Below are positions 10,740 to 23,069 of a stretch of 64,000 nucleotides of DNA, one piece after another. The translations under genes and the position numbers were made by a program. The stretch covers positions 1,909,230-1,973,229 of the forward strand of contig CM061246.1 of the NCBI GenBank assembly GCA_022605425.2. The letters run 5' to 3'. The stretch's first letter is position 1, and each line of letters starts with the position of its first letter. The notes under the pieces are model-generated. The model saw only the letters and a list, made by a program, of their open reading frames with translations. It made no database searches and had not been told where the DNA came from. The stretch comes from Hamiltosporidium tvaerminnensis FI-OER-3-3 (lineage: Eukaryota > Fungi > Microsporidia).

Positions 10740-11100
10740 CTCCTAGTCTGTTTCTCGTATATTTTTTAGTCTTTCATATCCCATTTTTAGTAGTCTTCAG
10801 ACATTTCTCAATAAAATTTAGGATTTTTTCAATTAGCATATTATTTTTCCTTAAATTTCAATTTTTCAAAGCTTCAGCTCGGTATTTAATGTTTTTTACC
10901 CTGTTCACTTTACACCTACTTTTATTAAATTCTGTTTTATTTCTCAATGAATTCTCTTTGTCTGAAAACACTATTCCTTTAACTATATGCTGTATTATTT
11001 AATTTATTTATTGTATAAATTCCCAGATATTTTTATTAAAAATCAGTTGATTTGATCAAGTATAAAGTTCCACGAAGCTATTCAAGCAAAATTGTTTTGT
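10740..11100 (-). pseudogene. Possible decayed C-terminal fragment of a LINE reverse transcriptase
   Basis: Minus strand aaatatctgggaatttat = KYLGIY (RT domain-7-like motif); the surrounding frame is broken. Confidence 0.3.
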
Positions 11101-11643
11101 GTAATTATTATTTAGAATATAAATAAATTGCACATAAGAAAGGCAAAAAAACTTTATTTGTATCATAAAATTTTTCATGTAGTTATAAATTCTTAGAAAA
11201 GAAATCACAAACAAGTGATGTAATAATTTTTTTTGAGATGATGAACCGTTAGAACAATTAAGAATAACAAATTATCATGTTATTCTTAATAAATTTTAAA
11301 GTCTTAAACAATTTTACCAATGTTTATTCTAAATTTTTCTTTAAACCAATAGAAACTTTTCAATTGTTTTATGTTCAGTTCTACTCACTATTATCGGTTG
11401 TGTAAGATTTATAAAACACATAGAAAGAGACATATCTTAATTGAAGCACGCTTATTGGTGTCATATAGTCTTTTAAACAAATAACCATTTCGAGGTGAGT
11501 CGTCGTCGGAACATTACTGAATTATATAAATGATTGTAATTTAAATGCAAGGACTTAAAAAAATCAAACTTTTTATAATTTATTATGTAGAATTTAAAAA
11601 AGTTGAAAAAAGAAAAATAGCATCAACTTTAAATCTTTAATTA

Positions 11644-11853
11644 TTATTTATCTCCTCCTCCAGCAGCTGCTTTATCACCCCCTGAATCACCTCCCCCCGA
11701 ACCACCACCTCCTGCTCCACTACTTGCAGAAGTTCCCGAACCACCTTCTCTAGGATGATTAACAACATAATATGTTGCACCGAATCCACCTGTCAAAAAT
11801 ATAACAACAACGACTATAATTATTATTATAAGTAAATTTTTGCAAATCGCCAT
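11644..11853 (-). CDS. Small membrane-anchored protein with Gly/Ser-rich tail (69 aa)
   Basis: N-terminal hydrophobic run LLIIIIIVVVVIFL followed by a GC-rich GGSGTSASSGAGGGGSGGGD tail, clearly different from intergenic composition. Confidence 0.75.
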   Translation of the reverse strand: MAICKNLLIIIIIVVVVIFLTGGFGATYYVVNHPREGGSGTSASSGAGGGGSGGGDSGGDKAAAGGGDK

Positions 11854-12185
11854 TTATTTTAAACTTCAACTTCTTCTTTTATTTTTTTCTTCGTAAAAAT
11901 AACGAGTAATCATTTGAATTATAAAGGAGACATAAATATTCTAATCAAATAGTATTTTACCTGGTTATTCAATACCTTTCTATTCATCCTCATTTAAACA
12001 AATCTTTTTTTTATACAATTTTGAACTAGAAAATTCCTCCTTTATTCACACTTTGAAACTCCTCTATTAGGTTTGACTAAATATTATATTTTTAAAAACT
12101 TTTACATTTAAATAGAAAATTTTAAAACTTAAAAACTTAAAAATTTTAAAACTTAAAAAATTATAGTTTTATTTACATATTTTTT

Positions 12186-12401
12186 TTATCTTCTAGTTGA
12201 ATTCTTTCTCTTTTCTTCTTCCTTTGGCGCATTATTAACTACAACAACATTTGTTTTACTATCATTTTGTTTGTTTTCTGCCTGTATAAACATAGATATT
12301 GCTCCTATAATTATAAATATAAATATTGCAAAGAATATCATACAAATCCAAAAACCGATATTATGTATAAGACTTTCGAACGTTTCGCTTATCGAGCTCA
12401 T
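12186..12401 (-). CDS. Small single-pass membrane protein (71 aa)
   Basis: Central TM helix IGFWICMIFFAIFIFIIIGAISMFI, charged C-terminus, ATG start. Confidence 0.7.
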   Translation of the reverse strand: MSSISETFESLIHNIGFWICMIFFAIFIFIIIGAISMFIQAENKQNDSKTNVVVVNNAPKEEEKRKNSTRR

Positions 12402-13166
12402 AATTTTTTACTGTACAAATTAAATATTTATTTAAATTAATCTTGCAAAAGATAAAAGAAAGCCAATTAGGTTTAAAAACTTATCAATCTTTAATATAAA
12501 ACGAATTGTTTCAAATTTCATTATATTTTTACATTATTCTTGGTTAATTTTTAATGATAAGACTTTTTTTAGAAAAGAGAAATTAATTTATATTTGATAA
12601 ATTAATTATTAGATTCATTAAATATTGGGTGTTTTTACTAATATTATATATTCTAAAATTCTGATTGATTGATAATAAAAAAAATTGATAAAAAAAGTAT
12701 TCATTGTTGATAATAATTTTTTGAAGTGATTCAAAAGGATTTTGTTTTATGTTTTTAATTGCGTTATTTTTTTGTTTGCTTTTAATAGAAATTGAAAATT
12801 ATACCTAAGAAATATATAATAAGCAATAAATATTAGTTGAAACGTGAAATATGACACAAATATATCAATCTAAATTCATGGAGATATTAAAAAAGCGAGA
12901 ATCTGCATCTGTAAATAAATTTAAGACAACTCGATCAAAGAAGATACTTATCCTGATGATACAATATTAAATTACAAAATATTTGAATGCTTGTAACATC
13001 CAAAAGAGATTACCTTGAAACACAAAATAAACAAATCTGATTACATGATTTTGAAATCCGATTTTGATTTTAGATTAAGTCCATATATTGTATAAGTAAG
13101 TAAGAAATACTAAAAAAAATGAAAATTAAATCATTCAAGAATAAAATATAATTGAAAAAATTAAAT

Positions 13167-13844
13167 TTATTTTTTTTCGAAAATAGCAGCAAATGCCTTT
13201 CCTGTTTTAACAGCTGCTCTTTTAGATTCATCGGTTTCTTTTATAATTAAAGTTCTTAGATTATCATTTTCAAATTCTTCATTCTCTAATCTTCGAAACA
13301 GTGTGTGATTTTGAACACATTGTACCATACTTTCAAATAATTCAGACACATCTGTCGATAAATACAATCTACCTTTATTTTCTAGAATATATGCGTACTG
13401 ATCAAGCATTTGTGTACATATAATTCTCGCTTTACGTTTTTTCTTTTTAAAATGTGGATCAGGAAATAAAATAAATATTTTGCTTACTTGTTCTTTACCA
13501 AAATAGTTTGGTAAAAAAAGCATAGCATTTGTATAAATCGCATGTAAATTTCTTTTTAACTCTTTCCTTTCTATCATAACAGATACCTTGTTTTTTATGT
13601 AATCAACCACCTTTTTTCTAATCTCTAATCCAACGACATTTTCGGTTGGAAATATTTTGGACAACAAAATCAAAAAATTTCCGTAACCACAACCAATATC
13701 AACAATTTTAGGTGCAATTCCATCTATATAAAATTCAGACCAGTTCATTTCACAGGGTGATTTCGGATAATCAAAGTGTTTATCACTAAACGGATTTGCA
13801 TGTGCTCGTTGTCTAAAATCCTTTTTCCTTGGTAGATTTGCCAT
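13167..13844 (-). CDS. TRM8: tRNA (guanine-N7)-methyltransferase catalytic subunit
   Basis: PRKKDFRQRAHANPFSD, DIGCGYG, GLEIR, LFPDPHFKK, TDESKR; CCC immediately upstream of the ATG. Confidence 0.97.
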   Translation of the reverse strand: MANLPRKKDFRQRAHANPFSDKHFDYPKSPCEMNWSEFYIDGIAPKIVDIGCGYGNFLILLSKIFPTENVVGLEIRKKVVDYIKNKVSVMIERKELKRNLHAIYTNAMLFLPNYFGKEQVSKIFILFPDPHFKKKKRKARIICTQMLDQYAYILENKGRLYLSTDVSELFESMVQCVQNHTLFRRLENEEFENDNLRTLIIKETDESKRAAVKTGKAFAAIFEKK

Positions 13845-14207
13845 ATGGGTTTTATATTTTTAGATTTACGTCATTATAGAAGATATAACGCATCTTTATA
13901 AACAAAAAAATGTGTTAGAATCGTTACAATGAATCAAGTTAAAATTAGAGTCTTAAATCTTAAGAAATGGCATTCTGTTTTAATCATGTAAAAATATAAA
14001 AATTTTATTCATTATTTCTGTCATTTTTTAAGAAGAATATTCGTAAAAAAATAAATTTCGTTTCTCTTTAAAGTTAAATTATTTAACAAAAGTTTTATTC
14101 TTGCTTTGAATTCATTGTTTTTAATTTTTTTAAAATTTAAAAAAAAAATATTTTAAACAAAAAAAAAACCGACAAAAACTTTTTATAAAAATCATTTTTT
14201 ATGCGAA

Positions 14208-15110
14208 ATGGAAAATTATAGATTTTTAGAGAAAATCGGTAGAGGAACACATGGAACTGTATATTTGCTAGAATCAGAAGGTTATAAAAACAAATATGTC
14301 GTATGTAAATCTGTAGGCTTCAAACATAAGAAATACGCTATTAAAGAAATAAATATTTTATCTAAATTAAGTCACAAACGAATTATTAAACTTTTAGATG
14401 CAATTATTAAAGAGCCGTACGTTTTTATAATATTAGAATATTCCAATTATGGTAACTTATCAACATTTATAAGATTTTATAAACAAAGTGAATGTAATAT
14501 TCCTTATGATTTAATATGGTCTGCATTCGCTCAAATTACAGATGGATTAAATTTTTTACACAAAAATAATATTATTCATCGAGATATCAAACCATCAAAT
14601 ATTTTAGTAAATCAAAACTTTTTAAACAATGAAGAAATTTTAGAATTTAAAATCTGTGATTTTAGTTTATCAACTAAACTTCTTACCGATGAATTTTTTT
14701 TTGATGAGAGTTTAGTAGGAACTCCATATTATATGGCACCTGAAATAATAAAAAGAATTAAATATAATTCATCAGTCGATGTATGGAGTTTGGGTGTTTG
14801 TATGTATGAAATGATATGTTTTAAAAAACCATTTCTTTCAAATACAAGAAAAGAATTATTAGAGTTAATATTAGACAAGCCAATAACTTTTATACCCAAC
14901 TGTTCAGATAAAAAACTACAAAGTTTAATATTAGAATGTTTACAAAAGAATAATCGAATAAAATCTTATTCCCTTCTTTCGGATGAAAAAATTAAATATT
15001 TTTTAACTTTGGTTGATTTAAAATTAAAAGAACTTAAAATTTGTAGCTTGGAAAAAAAAATTAAAGAGATGGAAGAAAGAAGGATTAGAGATACACAATC
15101 TGTAAAATAA
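14208..15110 (+). CDS. Ser/Thr protein kinase, NEK/NIMA-like
   Basis: IGRGTHGTV, HRDIKPSNIL, KICDFS, VGTPYYMAPE, DVWSLG; short C-terminal coiled coil. Confidence 0.92.
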   Translation: MENYRFLEKIGRGTHGTVYLLESEGYKNKYVVCKSVGFKHKKYAIKEINILSKLSHKRIIKLLDAIIKEPYVFIILEYSNYGNLSTFIRFYKQSECNIPYDLIWSAFAQITDGLNFLHKNNIIHRDIKPSNILVNQNFLNNEEILEFKICDFSLSTKLLTDEFFFDESLVGTPYYMAPEIIKRIKYNSSVDVWSLGVCMYEMICFKKPFLSNTRKELLELILDKPITFIPNCSDKKLQSLILECLQKNNRIKSYSLLSDEKIKYFLTLVDLKLKELKICSLEKKIKEMEERRIRDTQSVK

Positions 15111-15152
15111 ACTTATAATAGAGAGATAATTTATAATATTAACCGTTGTACT

Positions 15153-15408
15153 TTTATATAATTTTAATATCTTTCTAGGTTCTACCACAGTTCACTTGAA
15201 CATAAAAATCCTTAAATAAAATCTTCAAATTTATATAATTTTAATATCTTTCTAGGTTCTACCACAGTTCACTTGAACATAAAAATCCTTAAATAAAATC
15301 TTCAAATTTATATAATTTTAATATCTTTCTAGGTTCTACCACAGTTCACTTGAACATAAAAATCCTTAAATAAAATCTTCAAATTTATATAATTTTAATA
15401 TATTTCTA
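15153..15408. repeat. Near-perfect tandem repeat, 77 bp x3.3
   Basis: The unit tttatataattttaatatctttctaggttctaccacagttcacttgaacataaaaatccttaaataaaatcttcaaa starts at 15153, 15230, 15307 and 15384. Confidence 0.97.
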
Positions 15409-15602
15409 AGATTTGTATTCCGATACTTGAAACAAAAATTTAAATATTTTTATTTAATTTAATTCTTTTATAAAATAAACTTGAATATAAAAATTTTTAA
15501 ACCAATAAATAAATAAAAAATGGAAAAATTGATAAATTATGAAACAAATGATAAAACATTGTTTTAAAGTAAAATTATATTCAACAGGAAATTTAAAAAT
15601 AA

Positions 15603-16604
15603 ATGTTTTGTAAAAATATATGCACACCAACGACAGATAAAACTGCTTGTAGAACAAATTCTGATATAAAGAAACTGATTAAAGTTCTAACGGTCGTACT
15701 TCTATTTATGAGTTTGGAAATATGGGGACACTGGTATACAAACAGTCTTTCACTTTTGGCAGATTCAATGCATTTATTTGTAGACATTTTGGGCTTTCTA
15801 GTAAGTTTAATGGCACTAAAATGGACTAAAAAAACACCAAATTCTACATTTTCGTTTGGTTACTATCGTATGGAAATACTCGGTGCTTTATTTTCAATCT
15901 TATTTATATGGGGCACCACCGGTTATTTGATAATCGAATCATATAATCGATATATCAATCCACCAAAAATTAACGGAAAAATATTTTTTTTTATTTCTGT
16001 CATCGGATTTTTTGTAAATATTTTTTGCGTGTATTTTCTTCACGAAAAAAATACGGCGGAAAATTCGTATCACAGAAATCTTAATATTCGTGCTGCTTAT
16101 GTCCACGTCATAGGTGACATGATACAATCTATTGGAGTTATTCTTGCAAGCATTATAACGGTTTTATATCCAAATTTTCATATTGTAGATGTATTCTGCA
16201 CAATGATTTTTTCTATTTTAGTTTTGTCAACTACTGGATTGATCATAAAAGATGCACTGCTTATTTTATTAGAAACAACACCAAAAGATGTCAAAATAGA
16301 AGATTTGAAACGCGATATTCTTTCTCTGGAAAATGTACACGAAATAATAGATTTACATTGCTGGTCTATTTCCACAAATATAAAAGCTATTACTTGTCAT
16401 ATTTTTGTTTCAGAAATTCTTCCGTGGCAATACGATTCACTTCTTAAAAAGATAAAGTCACTTCTCAAAGATGTATATGGATTTGACTTCTCCACTGTAC
16501 AATTTGAAACACAAAATACACGAATTAACCCAACAGTTTTTTCTATCGGAGGTACAACAATTTTTTCACCACAAAATTTAAAATTCTATGAAAGTCAAAT
16601 ATAA
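15603..16604 (+). CDS. Cation diffusion facilitator (SLC30/ZnT-type zinc transporter)
   Basis: SLSLLADSMHLFVD, FSFGYYRMEILGAL, NLNIRAAYVHVIGD, DLHCWSI, TVQFE; multiple TM helices. Confidence 0.95.
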   Translation: MFCKNICTPTTDKTACRTNSDIKKLIKVLTVVLLFMSLEIWGHWYTNSLSLLADSMHLFVDILGFLVSLMALKWTKKTPNSTFSFGYYRMEILGALFSILFIWGTTGYLIIESYNRYINPPKINGKIFFFISVIGFFVNIFCVYFLHEKNTAENSYHRNLNIRAAYVHVIGDMIQSIGVILASIITVLYPNFHIVDVFCTMIFSILVLSTTGLIIKDALLILLETTPKDVKIEDLKRDILSLENVHEIIDLHCWSISTNIKAITCHIFVSEILPWQYDSLLKKIKSLLKDVYGFDFSTVQFETQNTRINPTVFSIGGTTIFSPQNLKFYESQI

Positions 16605-16830
16605 AATAAAAGTTTAAGTTTTAATTATTTTTCTAAATTGTTTCCTTAATTCTTATAAAATATTTCTTTAAATTTATACAAATGATATATGAATGTAGAA
16701 ATGAAAATTAAGATATAAAAAATGATCTCGCTTTAAATAAAATAATTTTAATACTTAAAAAGGAAAATCAAAATATTTTTAATTCCAAGAAAATTTTTAA
16801 CAAAATAGATTTTATTTAACTCTAAATTAT

Positions 16831-17853
16831 TTATTTTATGGTTCTATAAATATTTCGATAACCGTTTCCAAAGGAATTTATTATTTTGTTTTTTTCTTCT
16901 CTTTTAAACGAATATCGATATGAAAAGAATATTTTTAAATAATTTAAAATAATTTTACAATCTTCTCCTATTTTTCTTATTCTTATTTCACTCACATTGT
17001 GAGATGTAAGTGCAAGAAAAGTGAATACCAAAGGTAACACCTTCACGTCATAAGATTCACTATTTTTTATAGATTTTATTAAATCACCGATAGCCTTTGT
17101 AACTAGAGAACTACAAAGTCTTTCATCTCCCAATTCTTCGGAAAAATAAAACGTTTTTTTGCCTTCAGCATATAAAATTAATTGATATCCAGGGGAAGGT
17201 CCACTACTTGTAGAAGTTCGTAAATCCGTGTATACTTTTACATTTTCTGTAAAATTCGTGACTCCATCTTTTATTAATTCTATAAGTGAATGTGGAATTG
17301 ACGAATTTATTTTTGAACCGACCACCATTCCACGTATTTTAATTAATTTTTCTTCCCTCGATTTTTCAATATTATTTAAAAATTCTACGTTTCCACACCT
17401 AAAAAATACCTCTCCTTTTCCTTCGGGCTCAAATCCCCTCTTCAAAATTTTTATTTCAATATTTTCCACACCAAAATCTTTTAATACTTTTAGATATGCC
17501 AATCTTATCATATCAATACTGGTCTGTCGGTTATTTGTTATTCCAGTAAATGTAATTTGCATCTCTTTCTTAGTAAAAGGTGCCAATATAAGTAAAGGAA
17601 TAATATACATTGAAATATTGTAAACAAGACAATCATGTATATCCTTACCCCCATAAATATCACCCGGATAAAATACAAAATTTTCTTTTATTTCATATTT
17701 TGTATTTACTGTGATTTTTTCTATTAAATTTAGAAAGGAAGTTATAAAATTATTCTTTTTAAATTTTTCTATTTTTATCGTCTTTTTTGAAATAATACCG
17801 TAAACTAAAATAAAAGAGAAAATATTATCATTTGGTTGTTCTAATATAATCAT
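16831..17853 (-). CDS. RCL1: RNA 3'-terminal phosphate cyclase-like protein (18S processing)
   Basis: FYPG..GG, PLLILAPFTK, GITN, KRGFEPEGKGEVFF, SGPSPGY. The start is placed at ATG 17853 (preceded by a CCC motif) rather than the TTG at 17892. Confidence 0.9.
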   Translation of the reverse strand: MIILEQPNDNIFSFILVYGIISKKTIKIEKFKKNNFITSFLNLIEKITVNTKYEIKENFVFYPGDIYGGKDIHDCLVYNISMYIIPLLILAPFTKKEMQITFTGITNNRQTSIDMIRLAYLKVLKDFGVENIEIKILKRGFEPEGKGEVFFRCGNVEFLNNIEKSREEKLIKIRGMVVGSKINSSIPHSLIELIKDGVTNFTENVKVYTDLRTSTSSGPSPGYQLILYAEGKKTFYFSEELGDERLCSSLVTKAIGDLIKSIKNSESYDVKVLPLVFTFLALTSHNVSEIRIRKIGEDCKIILNYLKIFFSYRYSFKREEKNKIINSFGNGYRNIYRTIK

Positions 17854-18082
17854 TTCTATGGGTTGGTATGGTAAACAAACAAGAAATACCAAATAAAAAG
17901 GAAAGAAAGGAAATTATTTGTTTAAGAATAAACGAACGGCAAAACAAAGGAAAAAATAAATCAAAAAACTACAAGAATGAATAAATAAAAAAAATTGGAA
18001 AGCGAAAGAGTACAAAAATATGGATTAATTGAACTAAAAATAAAAAATGGAATTTTTAAATAAAAATAGGGGGGTTCTTTAA

Positions 18083-18433
18083 TTATTCATCTTTTCCTTT
18101 TTCAACATTAAAATATTCCATTTTATAACACTCTTTTCCACCCGAAACAACTCTGACCCAATCACGTAACTGTTTTTGGTAAAGAAATTTATTACTGAGA
18201 TATTTGATGTATCTTTTATTAACTCTTACACCACTAATGTTTTCAATTTTTAGAGATGCGCCAGATGTAGAAAGAGAGATATTTTCGGTTAAATTATTTG
18301 TCTTTCTATTGATTTTCATATTGGCTTGCATGAACTCTAAAAACTCTGAAACAGAGAGGAGGTTGTCTTTTACAAGATTAGAACAATCTACTTCATAGTT
18401 GTTTAAAGGTTTTGGTGCAGCAATAGTGGACAT
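18083..18433 (-). CDS. RPL22: 60S ribosomal protein eL22
   Basis: VDCS..V.D, KRYIKYLSNKFL...LRDWVRVVS, Y.M.YF; CCC upstream of the ATG. Confidence 0.95.
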   Translation of the reverse strand: MSTIAAPKPLNNYEVDCSNLVKDNLLSVSEFLEFMQANMKINRKTNNLTENISLSTSGASLKIENISGVRVNKRYIKYLSNKFLYQKQLRDWVRVVSGGKECYKMEYFNVEKGKDE

Positions 18434-21167
18434 TGAGGGTCGGAATATATTTTTTTTATTTTAGTTTTAAATTTTTAGTAGATTTAAAAAAATTTAAGCA
18501 ACGAAAAAAAAGATGTAAAATTTATGATTCATAGGTAAAATGTAGAATTTAATTTTTTTATAGAAGAAAGAAAAAATAAACGTTTTTTTAGAAAAAAAGT
18601 AAAATTTCATAGAATTAAACACGAAAAATAAATTCGATTAGAATATGTCTTCAATTTTAAGAGATGGTTTTTAAAATGATTCATTAATTATTTCAAAATA
18701 TATACAAAAATAATTGATTATTTAAAAGTTACATGAATAAGATAGAAAATAAAAAGACAGTATTTTTAGTTTTGGATTGCTTAAATCGCCTTATATGATT
18801 ATTCCCTTGATATATTCATCGACCAGTAATACTTTAAGTATTTGTTTTATGTTCCATTTATTGTGGTCTCGATATATCTTTTGATTTCATTTATATATGT
18901 TAAAGAATCAATAAATGATTTACGTTAAAATTCTTGCAAAACGGTTTTATAAATATTTTAGAAACCATAAGGTTTACGTTTAAAAAATTCGATCAATTAG
19001 ATTATATTTTTTTGAAACATTTTCCGGAAAATTATAAAAACAAAAAAATTCTTTGCTTTTATGATTCATCTATATGCTTCTGTTTTCTATAAGATAGCTT
19101 TTATGGCCTTTTTCTTTTTACATTTATTGAGAATATGTCTAATCAAATACAATATTACCAAATTTAGGATATTATATTCGATGCTTATACATTTCAGGAG
19201 CAACATTTTTATTTGGTATTTTCTTTTAAAAAATGTAATCGATAAACTGGTTGTTACTTATAAAGAAGCAAAGCTATATATTTCATTGCAACAGATTGCC
19301 GAAATATATTCATCTATTCTGACTGAAAGCTTAAAATATCAATCAAGTATGTGTTTATATATTTCTTTTCTTGAAATTAAATATGTAATCGCACATAGAA
19401 ATTCATTTTTTGTGTGTTGTTGACTAACAGTAATTTATTAGAATTAAAAATTAGAGTAATTAAAATAATGTTTATATTTTTTCTGTTAATATAAATTATT
19501 ATGTATTTTATTAAGCCATAAAAAATCATTTTTTGTCATTGAAATTATATCTTAACTCAATCAAATTCTAAAAATTTAACGTCTAATTTATTTTATTAAA
19601 AACTAAGAATTCAGGTATAAAATAAAGTTTCCAAAGAGTTGATGTTACGCCAATCCAATGAATAGCAAAAATGTTAAAATTTACAATTCTTTGCTCAAAT
19701 TATGAAATACTGGAAACCTATCTATCAAGATTCAATAAATTGAGGTTTAATATTTCAAACAAAAGAAAAAAATATTTAATCTTGATATAAGCGTATGTAG
19801 AATACCCAGATAAAAGTTATTTTAATGCACTTTGGAAATTACCACCAGGCTAGAAATATTCTGAATTAAATGGCAGAAGGTTCTACAAATATCCCTATTA
19901 AGTATATATAAACCAAACATGTATTTAGTATATGAAAAAATCACGAGAAAATTTTTTATAGCACTGTTTTTTTGCAAGTAATATAGAGCTCGAAGAAAGG
20001 GGGAAAACCTGGGCCAATGTGTACTTTACATTGATGTTCCTTCCTATACTTTCATTTTATACTTATTTACATGAGCGCTTATATAATTTTAAAAAAATAT
20101 TTACATGTCCAAATAGAGAAATCCTAAACATTTTAAGTATAACTGTCTATGCAAATTCTTTTCTCAAACTAACGAAATTAATAAGGAATATTAAGGATAT
20201 AACATATCCAACTAAGATTTAAATTAACTATTCACAGCCAAATTTAAACTCATAAATGATAACGATTCGATAAATACTAAAACCCTGGATTTCTCTATGC
20301 GTAAAAGAATCAAAGAAACTTCAACTTCAAAATAAAATTATGCAAGGAAACAATGCAAGAAACCAAATATTTTGAAGTATGTTTTTTTTATCAAAGTTCA
20401 GGTATTAGTAATGAACAGTAAATTGATTTAGAAAAACCTAAACAGTAGGTAAAAAAATTCTAAAATAATGCGATATTTGGTGCCATCAAGATATAACCAT
20501 ACCCGGATAACATTTAGTTTAAATCAAGATTGGGATTAATCTTGGCTAAACCATGACAATTTTTTATGTTTTAGATGGAGAACCAAGAGTTTTTTTTTAT
20601 AATTTTTTAAAAATACTTAAACATTGGAAATTTATATTTTATTCTAGCCAAATTTATTTGAAAATAAAAAAAAGCAAAATTTTTTCAGAGCAAAACCAGG
20701 TATTCAAAAGTATTTGCAATATTAATGCCATAACTTACAATTATAAGCAAATATATACACCTTTTTTTTCCATCAAAAATATGTTAAAAATATATGAGAA
20801 AACTGATACTTTCATCGAAGCAGCATATATTTGCATAAAAATAGCGACACATTGATAGTGATACATTCTGGAAAACCTAAAATTATAAATTGAAATAAAA
20901 GTAAAAAAAATACCCTCATAAAATCTCCTAGTGTAGTAAGGGATAAACATAACTTAGATTTTATATATTTTGGTGAAATAATACTGAATATAAACCCGGG
21001 AAGAATGTAAAATTTGATTGAACTTTCAATAAAAGTCCGAGGGAAAATTTTAATTTTTCAGGGAAAATAAAATAATTATTTTTATCCTTGAATATCGAAT
21101 TTCAATCCGACAATGAAAATATAACAAAATATAATCAAGTTTGAGAAATATTTGTATTTCACATTAA

Positions 21168-21434
21168 AATGGATGTTATTATGAGAGCAGAGATGCATCA
21201 AGAACCAACACCCCCTTTAAAACAAGCGAAGAGAGATGAAGATGGTGTTAAAATTTTATAAACAAAAAATAATACACCCCATATTTCACAAGAAAGAACC
21301 ACGTATGAGGAACCGACCATAAACATAAATGAAGCGTCGGATTTAGAAGAAGAGACAGTAGTGATTCAAGAAGTAGAAGAAAATATATAAAAAAGGTAAA
21401 AAAATTTTAACCCAGAATTGTATTAAATAAATTG
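21168..21434 (+). mobile_element. 5'-truncated 3' end of the RT-REL non-LTR element
   Basis: Encodes MDVIMRAEMHQEPTPPLKQ..EEETVVIQEVEENI* and ends ttttaacccagaatt; homologous to the reverse complement of 23070-23325. Confidence 0.9.
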
Positions 21435-23069
21435 TTTTGATTATTCTGAAATAAAATAACAATTTTTATTGCACAATAAGTAAAAATGATGGTAACAATA
21501 TCAAAGAAACAAAGGTAAACTATTTTTTTCATTAAACAAAGTAATAGACCGATTTAAAGGGATAGAAACAAGAATATCGTACCGAAATTTTGTATTACAC
21601 TCCGCACTGAAGAGATGGTTTAAATTCATATGTGCGAGCAAACGCTACACGAAATGGAACATCACAGTACATTTGAAACATTTACACATATCGGGGCTTA
21701 GTATGTTTTCTTGGTAATAATGCGAATTCAGTCTTGTTATTACCATGCTATGACCCACTATTACATTTAACATCAATATTTTAAACGAAAAATAAAAATA
21801 AGATAGTTAGCAGCGAGTGGGTCGACTGTATAAAAGCAAATGTATAAATATAAAAATCATTTAACACCAATTTTAATTATGTATTTTGTTTGGAATAACA
21901 AGAATTACGAATAACTTCTCGAAATTGGCGTTTTTTTCTAAAAATATATATCCTATATATTTTCTCCTAATTTTTTTTAAAGTATTTTTTTATGTTATAA
22001 AATAAGTAGCCTTGAAAATATCCGCTATATTATTTTTTAACACCAGTAGAAAATTAAAACATTTATTTAAAATATCAATTTAAAGTTTAATGAGATGTAT
22101 ATTAATTAGTACTTTAGTATAAAATATTATAACATATTAGCCTTTTTATAGAAGTCAAAATGGTCATCGGGCTAAAAAAAATGGCGACTATTGATCTAAA
22201 CCATCTTATTTAAGTTCTTAGTTTCAGATTCAGAGGTTAATTCTAAATTATTCAAATAAAAAGGTTTTAAAGTTATAAAATGTGTTTTTTCCTATTAGTG
22301 CAAAAGTTATATTAAAACATATTTGAATTTTTTGAGAAATGCAGCAAATAATTAAAAAAAATCTTTAAGAAGTAAAAACTTGGCATAAATTTTCTATTGG
22401 ATTATGGTGGGTAAAAGAAATAAGCCAGAGAGAAATAAAAATATCACCAAAAATTTTTAAAGATATTGGAATTTTTAAAAAAAAAGTAAAAGTATATTAA
22501 AGGAAAATGAAGCTTCATGAAGAATTCTGGATTAGAAAAAAACTTTATAGAGTTATAGAAGAAATAAATATTGATAGAAATTTTTTATTATGAAAAGTCA
22601 GTTTTCTTAAAAATATGGAGATGAAACTATTAAAATATTTAAATTTATAAAACATTTAAATATTCTAGAATTTTTTTAAGATTCTATTGTATATCCCAAA
22701 GTTCTATAATATCAATAAGAACTCGAATATATGTTATATCACAAGTATCACATGAAAAGTAATAACAGTCGAATATTGCCAGTCTAAACCCCAAAATAAA
22801 AAAATAACCAAATTTCATTTTCTAAAATATTCAGAAGGTAAACTTTATGAGGAACCATAATAAAATAACGTTCATATTGTAAATTATGTAAAGTAAAAAC
22901 ACCATATTTAATCCGTATAGTTAACTTTTTGTCATCAATTAGATCAAAATCATACATTTAAAATAATAAAAAATGTAAATGCTGAAAATTCTTTAGTTCT
23001 AGTTTATTTATACACTAAAATCCAAAATGATGGATCTTGACACATTCTAAACCAATCAATAGAACAAAA

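Noticed and set aside
15153-15408. CRISPR-like array
   Set aside because: Contiguous identical units with no unique spacers; eukaryotic locus with no cas genes.
19061-20950. Short ORFs 19061-19423, 20019-20222, 20553-20855, 20741-20950, plus similar 60-90 aa ORFs at 51-62 kb and ORFs antisense to real genes
   Set aside because: F/I/L/Y/K-rich translations typical of random AT-rich DNA or antisense shadows; no motifs.
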